A stretch of DNA of 64,000 nt, from NCBI GenBank assembly GCA_965205155.1, contig OZ242033.1, positions 2,036,590 to 2,100,589 of the forward strand, written 5' to 3'. The stretch comes from Candidatus Aldehydirespirator sp. (lineage in GTDB: Bacteria > Actinomycetota > Acidimicrobiia > Acidimicrobiales > Aldehydirespiratoraceae). A program made the translations under genes and the position numbers. Of this stretch, positions 55,490 to 64,000 are shown in pieces (the first letter of the stretch is position 1; each line of letters opens with the position of its first letter). The notes under the pieces were generated by a model that had not been told where the DNA came from, did not search any database, and saw nothing but the letters and a program-made list of their open reading frames with translations.

Positions 55490-55882
55490 ATGAGCAGAGA
55501 TCCCAGGCTGCTCCTCCTGGTCGCGATAGCTGCCGTGGCTGGGGTCGTGTTGCTGCCTGAGTGGGTGGGGTTCTTGATCCTGCCGGTGACGGTGTTCGCA
55601 GCGGGTTGGCTCTTTCCGGAACATCCCGTCGTGACAGCGACCGCGGTAGCTGCGTTCACCATCCTGCCAGGCGTCGTGATGCTTCTCTTGCGTGCAGACT
55701 CCTGGTTCACGCACTACTGGGACGGCTACAACCTGCTGAGCTTCGATCTGGCGCCCGCGTTCCTCTTGGTCGCCGTGGATTTCGCGGTGAACATTCTGGT
55801 CGCCTGGGGATGGCTGGTCTTCGCGGGCTACATGGGGGCAGGCATAGCGCTGCGTCTGCGGAAGCGGGCAGCCGCCGCCTAG
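55490..55882 (+). CDS. hypothetical 4-TM membrane protein
   Basis: ATG 55490, four hydrophobic segments. Confidence 0.55.
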   Translation: MSRDPRLLLLVAIAAVAGVVLLPEWVGFLILPVTVFAAGWLFPEHPVVTATAVAAFTILPGVVMLLLRADSWFTHYWDGYNLLSFDLAPAFLLVAVDFAVNILVAWGWLVFAGYMGAGIALRLRKRAAAA

Positions 55883-56049
55883 CGAGTCCCTGATGGCCCC
55901 TGCCCGGTCCGGTTTGCGGTTCATCCGCCACTTCGCCGGGACGGCGCGCCATCCACGGGTCGCCTCGCCGGGGTGGCGAGCGGTAGGAGCAGGTGAAGGA
56001 GACCTTGGTTGTCGGCACGTGAGACGCTGATGCGGGCCCCGGCATCATC

Positions 56050-56733
56050 GTGAGTTCCCGGACTCCCGGCGCTGGCACGGGGCACGCGCCGGCGCACCTC
56101 GAGTTCGCTGGCAGGGCTGTGCGTCTAGCAGCGCGGGCCATAGACGCTGTGATCATGGTCGGCGCGTACTGGCTGCTGGAGGCACTGGATGTGGCCCCGC
56201 CCGCCCATTTCAGTTCCCTGGTGACGGGTGACGCTCTCGACACCGGCATCGCCTCACTGCTTCGAGCAGTTCTGGTCATCCCGCTGATCACGCTGGCGAT
56301 CTGGCTGGTCTTCGAGGTTGTGCCGACAGCCGCGTGCGGTCGCACGATCGGCAAGCTCATCGTGGGCCTCAAGGTGCTGCGCGCCGACACCTGGAGCGAG
56401 CCGGGAGTGGGCAAGTCGCTGGGACGCTGGGCTGTTCCCGCCGCCCTGTTCTTGGTGCCCGGCTTCGGAAATCTGCTGGTTGCGCTCGTGTATGCGTCGG
56501 TGGTCTGGAATAGGCAGGGCCAGGGCTGGCACGACAGGGCCGCCGGCACCGTGGTGGTGCGCGCCCGGGTCGACCGGTTGCACCCCGCAAGAACTCGACC
56601 GGAGGCGCCCGACGCGTCCGCGCCCCCGGCAGCCGTCTCCATGGCCGACACCGACGCCTGGGCGCGGTCCAGGCGTCGGGCCAGCTCGGTCTGGGTGAGC
56701 TCACGGTGTCGGCGCAGCTCCCCGAGGGTGTAG
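56050..56733 (+). CDS. RDD-family membrane protein with a foreign 3' end
   Basis: AGRAVRLAARAIDAVI, CGRTIGKLIVGLKV, GWHDRAAGTVVV. The last 35 or so codons are antisense to an antitoxin fragment. Confidence 0.7.
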   Translation: MSSRTPGAGTGHAPAHLEFAGRAVRLAARAIDAVIMVGAYWLLEALDVAPPAHFSSLVTGDALDTGIASLLRAVLVIPLITLAIWLVFEVVPTAACGRTIGKLIVGLKVLRADTWSEPGVGKSLGRWAVPAALFLVPGFGNLLVALVYASVVWNRQGQGWHDRAAGTVVVRARVDRLHPARTRPEAPDASAPPAAVSMADTDAWARSRRRASSVWVSSRCRRSSPRV

Positions 56734-56790
56734 GTCACCATCTCGGCGCGGGCCTCGTCCTTCAGCGCCTCCACGCTGGCCTTGGGGCAT
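56635..56790 (-). pseudogene. 5' fragment of a HigA-like antitoxin gene (paralog of 50446-50991)
   Basis: VEALKDEARAEMVTYTLGELRRHRELTQTELARRLDRAQASVSAMETAA. DNA is collinear with about 50790-50940. Confidence 0.6.
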
Positions 56791-56951
56791 GGCCCCGAAC
56801 CCAAGGGGTCGGCCTTACTGTGCTGGGTTGCATGACAGTGTATGTGATATTACATTGAACATCGAGCCTTGCCACCGGGTGTCAGCGATGCGCCAACCAG
56901 CACGACACTACCCGACAGGATCCCTGCCAAGGACACCCGAGAGGCACCCGA

Positions 56952-57300
56952 GTGACCGCAACCGCAGCTGAGTCGACCCAGATGGCCCACACCCCTGACG
57001 CGCGACCCGACCCGCCCGCAGCCAACGGGGCCGCGGCCGGGGCCCGCCTTCGGGCCGTGCTCGGCGACAACCCGCTCCAGACGGCGTTGGCCACTGTCGC
57101 GGTGGCGCTGCTCGTCTTCGTGCTCACCGACAACCGCAGTCGCGTCGACCGCGTCGAAGACACAGTGAACGCCAGGATCGACCGCCTCGAGGACACCATG
57201 AACGACCGCTTCGCCGAGCAGGACGCCAAGATCGATGAGATCAACTTGAAGCTGACCGCGCTGATCGCCGCGTTGAACAAGACCCGCGAGGTCGACGCGG
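56952..57300 (+). CDS. membrane-anchored coiled-coil protein (same architecture as 907-1248), 3' end apparently replaced
   Basis: TM LATVAVALLVFVL, then VDRVEDTVNARIDRLEDTMNDRFAEQDAKIDEINLKL. Sequence after ...TREVDAA runs into the VapC fragment. Confidence 0.5.
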
Positions 57301-57303
57301 CTG

Positions 57304-57639
57304 GTGAACGGAACCGAGCGAGTCGGTGTTCCGTGGCTTGTAGCGGCAGGGTTCGTGCGGCTGCTCACCCACCCCAGCGTTCTGAGCACTCCAGCGGCTC
57401 CCGAGCGGGCCGTTGACCTCATGGCCCAATGGTTTCGCTCACCCAGCGTCACACCGTTGAACCCAGGTACCCAGCACATCGCCATCTTCCGCAACATGCT
57501 GGTCGCCGCCGGCGTAGCGGGGAACCTCGTTACCGGCGCCCACATCGCTGCGCTGGCCATCGAGCACCAAGCCGAGGTCCACTCCAACGACAGCGACTTC
57601 GCACGCTTCCCGGGACTGCGCTGGCGCAACCCCCTCTGA
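57304..57639 (+). pseudogene. PIN-domain VapC toxin lacking its N-terminal 30 or so residues; no antitoxin gene
   Basis: VGVPWLVAAGFVRLLTHP...GNLVTGAHIAALAIEHQAEVHSNDSDFARFPGLRWRNPL. Frame closed by TGA at 57274. Confidence 0.6.
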
Positions 57640-57694
57640 CGCTGCAACTTGTGAGACGAGGGCCCCTAGACCGCAGTCCCCTGTGGGGACACCC

Positions 57695-58996
57695 ATGACA
57701 AGAGATGAACACGTCTGGCCCCAGCAGGGCATGAGCCTCGCACAGGGCTCTGTGCCTGACATCGATTCTGGGGCTGCATCCAATCCAGCCGTCGTGGAGT
57801 GGGAGGCGGCCGGTCTGCGGGCCCCGGACATGGACGCCGTCCGCTCGTGGCGGCTCCGCCAACTCCGGGACCAGCTCGAGGACGAGGATCTGGCCGGCAT
57901 CGTGTTGCTCGACCCGCTCAACATCCGGTACGCCACCGACGCGACCAACATGCAGGTGTGGACCACCCACAACCCGGTGCGGTACGCGTTCGTGGCCACC
58001 GACGGTCCGGTCGTCTTGTTCGATCTGGCCCGCTGCGAGCATCTGGTAGAGCATCTGCCGCTGATCGACGAGGTCAGGCCGGCGACAGGCTGGTTCTTCT
58101 TCGAGAACGGCCCCCGGGAGGCCGAAGCGGCCGATCGATGGGCCGACGAGATCGCCGACTTGGTGCGGAGCCATGGCCGGGGCAGCCTGCGGATCGGGCT
58201 CGACAAGTGCGAGTGGCTCGGGCTGGCCGCGCTGCAGCGCCGCGGCCTCGACACCGTCGCCACGATGCGCACGGCCGAGTTGGCCCGCTACCGCAAGCAC
58301 CCCGAAGAGATCGTGGCCATGCGCCGGGCCGTGCATGCCGGCCAGCAGGCGGTGGGGGAGATGTGGCAAGCGCTCGAGCCCGGGATCACCGAGGCGCAGC
58401 TGTGGTCGCACCTGCACGCCGGCAACATCGCCCGCGGCGGAGAGTGGGTCGAGACCCGGCTGCTGTCGAGCGGCCCGCGCACCAATCCGTGGTTCGCGGA
58501 GTGCTCCCACCGGGTGATCGAAGCCGGCGACCTGGTCTGCTTCGACACCGACTTGATCGGCCCCTACGGATATGCCGTCGACATGTCCCGCAGCTGGGTC
58601 ACACCGGGCCGTGAACCGACCCCGCAGCAGCAGTCGCTGCACTCGCTCGCCTGCGACGTGCTCGCCCACAATTGCGCCCTACTTGAGCCCGGGGTGACCT
58701 TCCGGGAGTTCGCCGAACGCAGCTACCAGCTGCCGGACCGGTACCTGCCGAACCGGTACGCCGACATCGCCCATGGCCTGGGCCTATCTACCGAGTACCC
58801 CATGATCCACTACATCCAGGACTGGGACACTCACGGCTACGACGGCGTCATCGCCGACGGCGTGGTGATGTGCCTCGAGGTGTACGTCGGCGAACCCGGC
58901 GGACCCGAGGGAGTCAAGCTCGAGAACCAGATCCACGTCACCGACGACGGCGCCGAAGTGCTCGACACCTTCCCCATGGCACTGACCCCAAACTGA
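57695..58996 (+). CDS. M24-family metallopeptidase fold protein (creatinase/prolidase/DddP-like)
   Basis: Creatinase-type N-domain LLDPLNIRYATDATNMQVWTTHNPVRYAFV. Pita-bread domain FDTDLIGPYGYAVDMSRSW...LENQIHVTDDG. Confidence 0.8.
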   Translation: MTRDEHVWPQQGMSLAQGSVPDIDSGAASNPAVVEWEAAGLRAPDMDAVRSWRLRQLRDQLEDEDLAGIVLLDPLNIRYATDATNMQVWTTHNPVRYAFVATDGPVVLFDLARCEHLVEHLPLIDEVRPATGWFFFENGPREAEAADRWADEIADLVRSHGRGSLRIGLDKCEWLGLAALQRRGLDTVATMRTAELARYRKHPEEIVAMRRAVHAGQQAVGEMWQALEPGITEAQLWSHLHAGNIARGGEWVETRLLSSGPRTNPWFAECSHRVIEAGDLVCFDTDLIGPYGYAVDMSRSWVTPGREPTPQQQSLHSLACDVLAHNCALLEPGVTFREFAERSYQLPDRYLPNRYADIAHGLGLSTEYPMIHYIQDWDTHGYDGVIADGVVMCLEVYVGEPGGPEGVKLENQIHVTDDGAEVLDTFPMALTPN

Positions 58997-59039
58997 CAGG
59001 GCCCACCGGGCTTCGCTCTTGTGACCAGCCGGGGGCGGT

Positions 59040-59310
59040 GGTCCGTGGGCTGGTGGCGGGTCTGCCCCGCTGCGTCACGCCGCGACAAGCCCGCAGCCTG
59101 CGCCAACACGCCTACACCGCCGTCGCCGTGACGCTCCCGCACCGCGAGTCCAGTAGCCGCGTCGGCCTGCAACACCGTCAACTGCGCGCCGTATGTCTTG
59201 CACTCTCCCAGCACCGCCTGCAGATCCGCAGTCGAGGTGGCCGGATCGTTCACCAGCCGGATCAGCTCCGCCAGCCCCTCCCGCACCCGTCGTGCCGTGT
59301 TCATCACCAT
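59040..59310 (-). pseudogene. possible N-terminal fragment of a DUF222/HNH-endonuclease (13E12-type) gene
   Basis: REGLAELIRLVNDPATSTADLQAVLGECKTYGAQLTVLQADAATGLAVRE...LAQAAGLSRRDA pattern only. Weak. Confidence 0.3.
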
Positions 59311-59417
59311 GCGCACATGCTGCCACGGGGGTGTGGCATCTGTCAGTGGTTTCAGATAAAAATCAGGATCTATCAGTGTCTTCCAGGCGATAGACGCGGG
59401 CCTTGCGCGGGACGGTG

Positions 59418-59834
59418 CTAGGTGTGGACGGTGAAGGCTTGGCGGCGGTCGCGCCCGAACCGGTAGATCGAGTAGTCCCGATCGAACGAGACCGCCTCGT
59501 GCACGCCGAGACGCTGCATGATCGACCAGCTCGTACGATCGACGATCGAGAACTCCTGGTCGGCGAACGCATTGTGGATCTGCGCGGCAACCTCCAGATC
59601 GGCGACAGTGGCGACCGCGACGCGGGCCCTGCCGGCGCGGATCGCGGTGACCAGCGTCTCGGCAACATCGACGCCGAGACGGTTCGCGGCCAGGAACCAC
59701 GTCTCGACGAGCACATGGTCGCTCGTCAGCAGGTCTCCGGAGAACTCGCTGAGCCGCTCGACGGCTCGACCGTGATGGACGCCGCCGAGGTCGGCCGCCG
59801 CGTACCACGCAGACGTGTCAACGAAGACACTCAC
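59418..59834 (-). CDS. vapC: PIN-domain toxin VapC
   Basis: MSVFVDTSAWYAAAD..., TSDHVLVETW, FSIVDRTSWSIM, VSFDRDY. Confidence 0.85.
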   Translation of the reverse strand: MSVFVDTSAWYAAADLGGVHHGRAVERLSEFSGDLLTSDHVLVETWFLAANRLGVDVAETLVTAIRAGRARVAVATVADLEVAAQIHNAFADQEFSIVDRTSWSIMQRLGVHEAVSFDRDYSIYRFGRDRRQAFTVHT

Positions 59835-60073
59835 CGCTCGGCGGCTCTAGCGGCTATCGCCTCGGCCGTGGCCCCCTTGCGGTCGAGGGCGATGTCGCTG
59901 CCGCCGGAGTCTCCGATACCGAAGATTGCAGAGATGTCAGCGCCCGGGCCTGTCTGCGCGAGGTCGCGCTCGACGAGGCGGCGGATGTACTCGGCCATGC
60001 TGATGCCCAACTCGGCGGCCTTGCGCTTGACGAGCGCATGCTGCTCAGCCTCGAGATCTATCTGTGTACGCAT
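59831..60073 (-). CDS. vapB: antitoxin VapB (RHH-type)
   Basis: 4-nt overlap with vapC. MRTQIDLEAEQHALVKRKAAELGISMAEYIRRLVERDL. Confidence 0.75.
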   Translation of the reverse strand: MRTQIDLEAEQHALVKRKAAELGISMAEYIRRLVERDLAQTGPGADISAIFGIGDSGGSDIALDRKGATAEAIAARAAER

Positions 60074-60126
60074 GACGCTACATCATAACATCAGAGGAGT
60101 TCGACCCCGCAGTCGATGCCGGCGGA

Positions 60127-60606
60127 ATGGGCCAGCCGCGCGTCATTCTCCACGCAACCTTCGCTGCACCGAACGATCGCACTCCCAGAGCAGCCGTGGT
60201 GTGGTTGACGAAGCAGCTCAAGTCAGCCAATGGGTCGCTGCTGGTGGATGCCTACGCGCGCAACGCCAAGCATCCGGTCACGGCCTCGCTGGAAGAACTG
60301 CGCGATGATCCCCGTAACGGACTGGGACCGGCCAAGCAGATGCCAGCGCGGTTCCAGCTTCGCTACTCCGCGCCTATGGGTCAGGGTCGCCGCAGCACAC
60401 GCAAGAAGGGCTTCATCGACTCAGTGCTCGACGCGGTGATCGGCTTCTACGGTGACGTCCTGCAGGACCTCAAGCCGTTCGTGCCCAGCGCCCCGGCCAT
60501 CGACCGGCGCAGCATTCCTGCCAGCGCCTCCGACACTCCGAAGAGCCCGCCACAGTCATCGGGAGGCGCGGGATCGGCCACGATGACCGATGCCAGCAGT
60601 CGGTGA
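60127..60606 (+). CDS. hypothetical protein
   Basis: 159-aa ORF, reasonable GC3, no motif. Confidence 0.4.
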   Translation: MGQPRVILHATFAAPNDRTPRAAVVWLTKQLKSANGSLLVDAYARNAKHPVTASLEELRDDPRNGLGPAKQMPARFQLRYSAPMGQGRRSTRKKGFIDSVLDAVIGFYGDVLQDLKPFVPSAPAIDRRSIPASASDTPKSPPQSSGGAGSATMTDASSR

Positions 60607-60724
60607 ACGTCAGAGCGACGGGCTATCGCGACCGGCCACAAACTGCAGGTCAGAGCAGATTTCGAGTGCTGCGATCTGGCGGTTAGTGTCGCAGCCGCGT
60701 GGGAGCGGCCACTCGGTCGGCGTT

Positions 60725-61042
60725 CTAGCGGAGGTCGAGGACGGTGCTCAGGGCGGTGTCGATGCCCCACTGCTCCTCGGGGCGCAGATGCCCAGCCAGG
60801 TCGCCCAGACGGGTGACATCGACGGCTCCGACCTGTTCGACGAGCACGGTTGTCTGCTGTCCGTCGAGCTCGATGAGAGGGCGGAAGGAGGCGGGCCGAG
60901 CACTGGTGGAGGTTGGTGCTACCAGCACGACGGAGCGAGGCAGGAGCGCGTCGGACTGCACCACCACACCGAAGCGGCGGCCCCGCTGCTCATGGCCCAC
61001 GCCTCGAGGGACGCGCAGCTCGAAGATGTCACCCCGGCGCAC
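60725..61042 (-). CDS. mazF: MazF/PemK-family toxin
   Basis: GTG 61042. RRGDIFELRVPRG...RFGVVVQSDALLPRSVVLVAPTSTS. Confidence 0.8.
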   Translation of the reverse strand: MRRGDIFELRVPRGVGHEQRGRRFGVVVQSDALLPRSVVLVAPTSTSARPASFRPLIELDGQQTTVLVEQVGAVDVTRLGDLAGHLRPEEQWGIDTALSTVLDLR

Positions 61043-61268
61043 GCAGTTGCTCCATGAGGCTTGCGACTGCGGCCATCTCAGCCCGGTCGGCTTCGTCGGC
61101 CTCCAGGGCGGACACTTCCGCGGCGAGCGCCTGGCGGGCCCGCAGCCGAGCTGCCTCATGTACGAGAGACGACCGGATCGCCTCCGACTGTGTAAGGCCC
61201 TGCGCCTCCAGCTGGCTGAGCGCCCGCAGGGCATCGTCGTCAAGTCGCACCGAGATCGCACGGGTCAT
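61029..61268 (-). CDS. RHH antitoxin partner of MazF
   Basis: MTRAISVRLDDDALRALSQLEAQGLTQSEAIRSSL. 14-nt overlap with the toxin. Confidence 0.75.
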   Translation of the reverse strand: MTRAISVRLDDDALRALSQLEAQGLTQSEAIRSSLVHEAARLRARQALAAEVSALEADEADRAEMAAVASLMEQLRAPG

Positions 61269-61277
61269 GCGAGTAGG

Positions 61278-61296
61278 GTATCACGAAACGTGATAC
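61278..61296. promoter_or_regulatory. 8-3-8 perfect palindrome, candidate operator of the MazEF-like operon
   Basis: gtatcacg aaa cgtgatac, 10 nt upstream of the antitoxin start. Confidence 0.45.
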
Positions 61297-61472
61297 ATCA
61301 GGGATTGGAGGCCGTGAACTAACCTTCACATGAGCCTCGATGGCATTCCTCTGGTCCCGGAACTGTCCAAGCGGATCGGGTTGACGCTGGCGGAACAACG
61401 AGTCTTCGAGAAGACAGGCACTGTGAGCCTGGTCTATGCGGTGAACGAGCAGCCGGCGATAGGTTCCCGTCC

Positions 61473-62378
61473 GTGAGTATGGGCAGTATCGACCTGGGCC
61501 GGGTCGGGATCTGGACCGGGCTCCTGGACCAGGTGCCGTCGTCCCAAGCGATCGAGCTGGCGGCCGAGGTGCAGGAGATGGGCTACCGAGCGATCTGGAT
61601 CCCCGAAGCGGTCGGGCGGGACCCGTTCGTGGCGGCGGCGCTGCTGCTCCAGGGCACCTCCTCGATCAAGGTCGCCACCGGCATCGCCAACATCTACGCC
61701 CGCGACCCGATGACGACGGCCAACGCCCAGCGAACCGTCGAGGAGGCGTTCCCGGGCCGCTTCCTGCTGGGGCTCGGGGTCAGCCACCGGCGCCTGGTGC
61801 AGGACCTCCGCAACCACGAGTACTCGCGCCCGCTCAGCTACATGCGCGACTACCTCGCCCGCATGCGCGAGGCACTGTTCCTGGCCCACGGCCCCCAGGA
61901 ACTGCCCGAGATCGTGCTGGCCGCGCTCGGCCCCAGGATGCTCGCCCTGTCGGCCGAGGCCGCCGCCGGAGCGCACCCGTACTTCGTGCCGCCCGAGCAC
62001 ACCGCCATCGCCCGCGACGTCATGGGCCCCGACGCGGCGCTGTACCCCGAGCAGATGGTCGTACTCGAGACCGACCCGGCCACCGCCCGCGCCCTCGCCC
62101 GCAAGAACATGGCGCCGTACCTCGGGCTGCCCAACTACACCAACAACCTCCTCCGCCTCGGCTTCGAGCAGTCCGACATCGGCGGCGGCCCCGGCGGCGG
62201 ACCCTCCGACCGCCTGGTCGACGCCATCGTGGCCTGGGGCACCCCCGAGCAGGTCACGTCACGCGTCCGGGAGCACCTCGACGCCGGTGCCGACCACGTC
62301 GGGGTGCAGGTCCTAGCCGACAACATCGACACCGCCGCCGACGGCTGGAGAACCCTCGCTCCCCACCTGCTGAGCTGA
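61473..62378 (+). CDS. LLM-class (luciferase-like) F420-dependent oxidoreductase
   Basis: GIWTGLLD..., GYRAIWIPEAVGRDPF, FLLGLGVSH, C-terminal GADHVGVQVL. Confidence 0.85.
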   Translation: MSMGSIDLGRVGIWTGLLDQVPSSQAIELAAEVQEMGYRAIWIPEAVGRDPFVAAALLLQGTSSIKVATGIANIYARDPMTTANAQRTVEEAFPGRFLLGLGVSHRRLVQDLRNHEYSRPLSYMRDYLARMREALFLAHGPQELPEIVLAALGPRMLALSAEAAAGAHPYFVPPEHTAIARDVMGPDAALYPEQMVVLETDPATARALARKNMAPYLGLPNYTNNLLRLGFEQSDIGGGPGGGPSDRLVDAIVAWGTPEQVTSRVREHLDAGADHVGVQVLADNIDTAADGWRTLAPHLLS

Positions 62379-62648
62379 CTGAGCCGACCGCGGCTGCCGT
62401 CCGGCGTGGACTGACAGGCAGCGTGCCCGTCTCGATGCGGGCAACGACAACAACAACGCTCGCCTAGCAGTTCAGACCGGCTGATCGGGCAGTTGCACTC
62501 TTGTGGGCTTGCCGTTGGTGTAGCTGACGATCTCTCGTGGCACTCTCAACCGTTTGTCGCGCCCGAACCGGCCCTTCGGGAGATCGGACAGCAGCGGGTG
62601 GGTCGGCAGCGCGGTCATCGCAGTCGGCGAGCAGTAGTACTCCATCGT

Positions 62649-63572
62649 TCAGAACATCTGCCATCGCAGCGTTGGATCGTCCCAGTGATCCACGCGCCGT
62701 GTGAGTTCCTTGTCGGCGCCCGGCACGACGCCCCACAGACAGGCGAGCCACACCAGTTCGTTGACCTCTTCCGCGGCGTAGATCTCGGCCAGCAGTCGCT
62801 CGTTCACCGCGCCGTGATAGGCGGCGCGGATCCGCTCCACCACGTCCGGCTCCTGGTCGTGACGCTGGTATTGCACTCGCACGGTCGACAGATCCACCTC
62901 CGGTGGGCCGATCCCGATGTAGTCGAGATCCACGAACGCCAGGGTCCCGTCGCCGCGGCGCACGACATTGGGCGGGTAGGCGTCGCCGTGGATCAGCACC
63001 CGGGACTGAGCCTCTCCCCCGGAGTCGGCCCAGCACTCGCTGAGCGCCCCCAACCGGCGGTGCAGCGTCACCTCGAGGAAGGCACGCACACGGGCGGGCA
63101 CGCCTCTCGCCTCCATCAGCGGCACTCGGTTCGTCCACCGCGTCAGGAAACACGCCTCCGGGCCCCACACCGGCAGAGCGTCCGACGCCTCAATGCGATG
63201 GCATCGCCAGACCAGCTCGACGAGCGTCTCGAGGGACACCTTCGGTGCGGGGGACTGCATCGGCCAGAAGGTGACGATCCGACCGTCGCTCAACCGGCAT
63301 GGATCGCACAGCGGAGCCACGAACGGAGCACCCGCTGCCGCCAACTGCTTGAGGCGGCTGTGATGAGCGATGTGGTGCTCGAGCGGCTGGCGACTGAGGT
63401 ACCCGACCCGGGCCACGACCTGATCGTCGAGGCTTCCCAGCACGATGTGGTTGCCCACTCGAAGCAGCCTGAACCCAGCCGCGGTGAGTTCCAGCCCGAG
63501 AGCTGCGTCATTCACCAACTGGGCGGTTCGCTCGATATCTGGCTCGGCGTCGGCTCCGGCCCGGGCATCCAC
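62649..63572 (-). CDS. aminoglycoside/choline-kinase-type phosphotransferase (APH family)
   Basis: VLIHGDAYPPNVV catalytic loop, FVDLDYIGIGPPEVDLS. Confidence 0.8.
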   Translation of the reverse strand: MDARAGADAEPDIERTAQLVNDAALGLELTAAGFRLLRVGNHIVLGSLDDQVVARVGYLSRQPLEHHIAHHSRLKQLAAAGAPFVAPLCDPCRLSDGRIVTFWPMQSPAPKVSLETLVELVWRCHRIEASDALPVWGPEACFLTRWTNRVPLMEARGVPARVRAFLEVTLHRRLGALSECWADSGGEAQSRVLIHGDAYPPNVVRRGDGTLAFVDLDYIGIGPPEVDLSTVRVQYQRHDQEPDVVERIRAAYHGAVNERLLAEIYAAEEVNELVWLACLWGVVPGADKELTRRVDHWDDPTLRWQMF

Positions 63573-63635
63573 GACCCGCGACGATAAACGGCTGGGTGCT
63601 AGCTTGCGGGCCGATCCGGGCCGGATGGGGGACCA

Positions 63636-64000
63636 ATGGACGCGGCGCTAGTCAGCCCGATACCGCTGGAGGAGTTCGAGGCGTCGGCCACCGACATCGA
63701 CCAGGCGGTCACGCTGCCGCCCGGCGCCTACACCCGGGCCGACTTCCACCACTTCGAGCTGGCCGCGGTGTTCGACCGCAGCTGGCTGTGCGTGGGCCGC
63801 ATCGACGAGATCCCCGAGCCGGGCGACTACTTCACCACCACCCTGCCCGGTGGCGAGAAGGTCATCGTCGCCCGGGACAAGCAGCACAACGTCAACGTCA
63901 TATCGTCGGTGTGCCAGCACCGGGGCATGTGCGTGACCGCCCCGGCCAAGCGCGAGCGCGACTCCTGGTACGCGGAGCCCGGTGAGCAGCGGGGCAACGT
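63636..64000 (+). CDS. Rieske [2Fe-2S] ring-hydroxylating oxygenase alpha subunit, 5' part (runs off the right edge)
   Basis: ATG 63636. SWLCVGRIDEIPEPGDYFTT..., VCQHRGMC (CxH Rieske ligands). Not in the ORF track because no stop falls in the window. Confidence 0.8.
   Translation, partial: MDAALVSPIPLEEFEASATDIDQAVTLPPGAYTRADFHHFELAAVFDRSWLCVGRIDEIPEPGDYFTTTLPGGEKVIVARDKQHNVNVISSVCQHRGMCVTAPAKRERDSWYAEPGEQRGN

Noticed and set aside
61318-61335. aaccttcacatgag (inverted ATGTGAAGG box) as the rightmost island boundary
   Set aside because: It is a single 9-10-nt match without the second box or the tRNA-like part. It is mentioned only as a weak hint in the tRNA-Val finding.
1-64000. Integrase/recombinase gene associated with the tRNA-linked islands
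   Set aside because: I looked through all listed translations for tyrosine-recombinase (R...HxxR...Y) or serine-recombinase signatures and found none. The only transposition enzymes are the two IS3 transposases. Absence is from inspection only, not from an HMM search.

Overview
High-GC, Actinomycetota-like chromosomal segment. A housekeeping backbone is split by a mosaic of accessory modules anchored on three tRNA genes. Backbone genes are a 2-hydroxyacid dehydrogenase, upp, add, a DEAD-box helicase, a SAM-riboswitch-led metX plus PLP-enzyme operon, a crotonase, an M24 peptidase, an F420/LLM oxidoreductase and a Rieske oxygenase. The tRNAs are Gly-GCC at 12.56 kb, Cys-GCA at 13.94 kb and Val-GAC at 33.03 kb.

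The most interesting signal is not a gene. It is a family of about 90-200 bp junction elements at about 20.6, 21.9, 22.4, 34.1, 42.7 (inverted), 47.2, 50.1, 51.6 and 55.2 kb. Each carries two AAATGTGNAG boxes 22-23 bp apart, followed by a decayed copy of a tRNA 3' half. In the best copies the chromosomal flank of tRNA-Cys or tRNA-Val follows. I read these as fossil attR-type junctions from serial integration of related elements into tRNA-Cys and tRNA-Val. No recombinase gene is visible in the window.

Cargo between the junctions:
- Eight toxin-antitoxin loci or remnants: Doc, HEPN/NTase, RelE, HigB-like with an in-frame TAG, RES/Xre, a VapC fragment, VapBC and MazEF.
- Two IS3-family elements, one interrupting a metallophosphoesterase gene with a GTAC target duplication.
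- Many gene remnants.
- An AT-richer 687-aa membrane protein.
- Lipoproteins with T/P/E-rich linkers, including a convergent paralogous pair of secreted-protein modules. These share an unrecognised Cys-containing C-terminal domain and a small membrane partner.

Other notable items:
- Two SLH-anchored secreted proteases (an M16 enzyme, and a 14-blade RCC1 plus M6-like protease) near a serpin lipoprotein.
- A CobW GTPase joined out of frame to WD40 repeats.
- A tRNA-Val with C instead of U at position 33.

All calls come from reading the translations and the DNA by eye. No searches were run.
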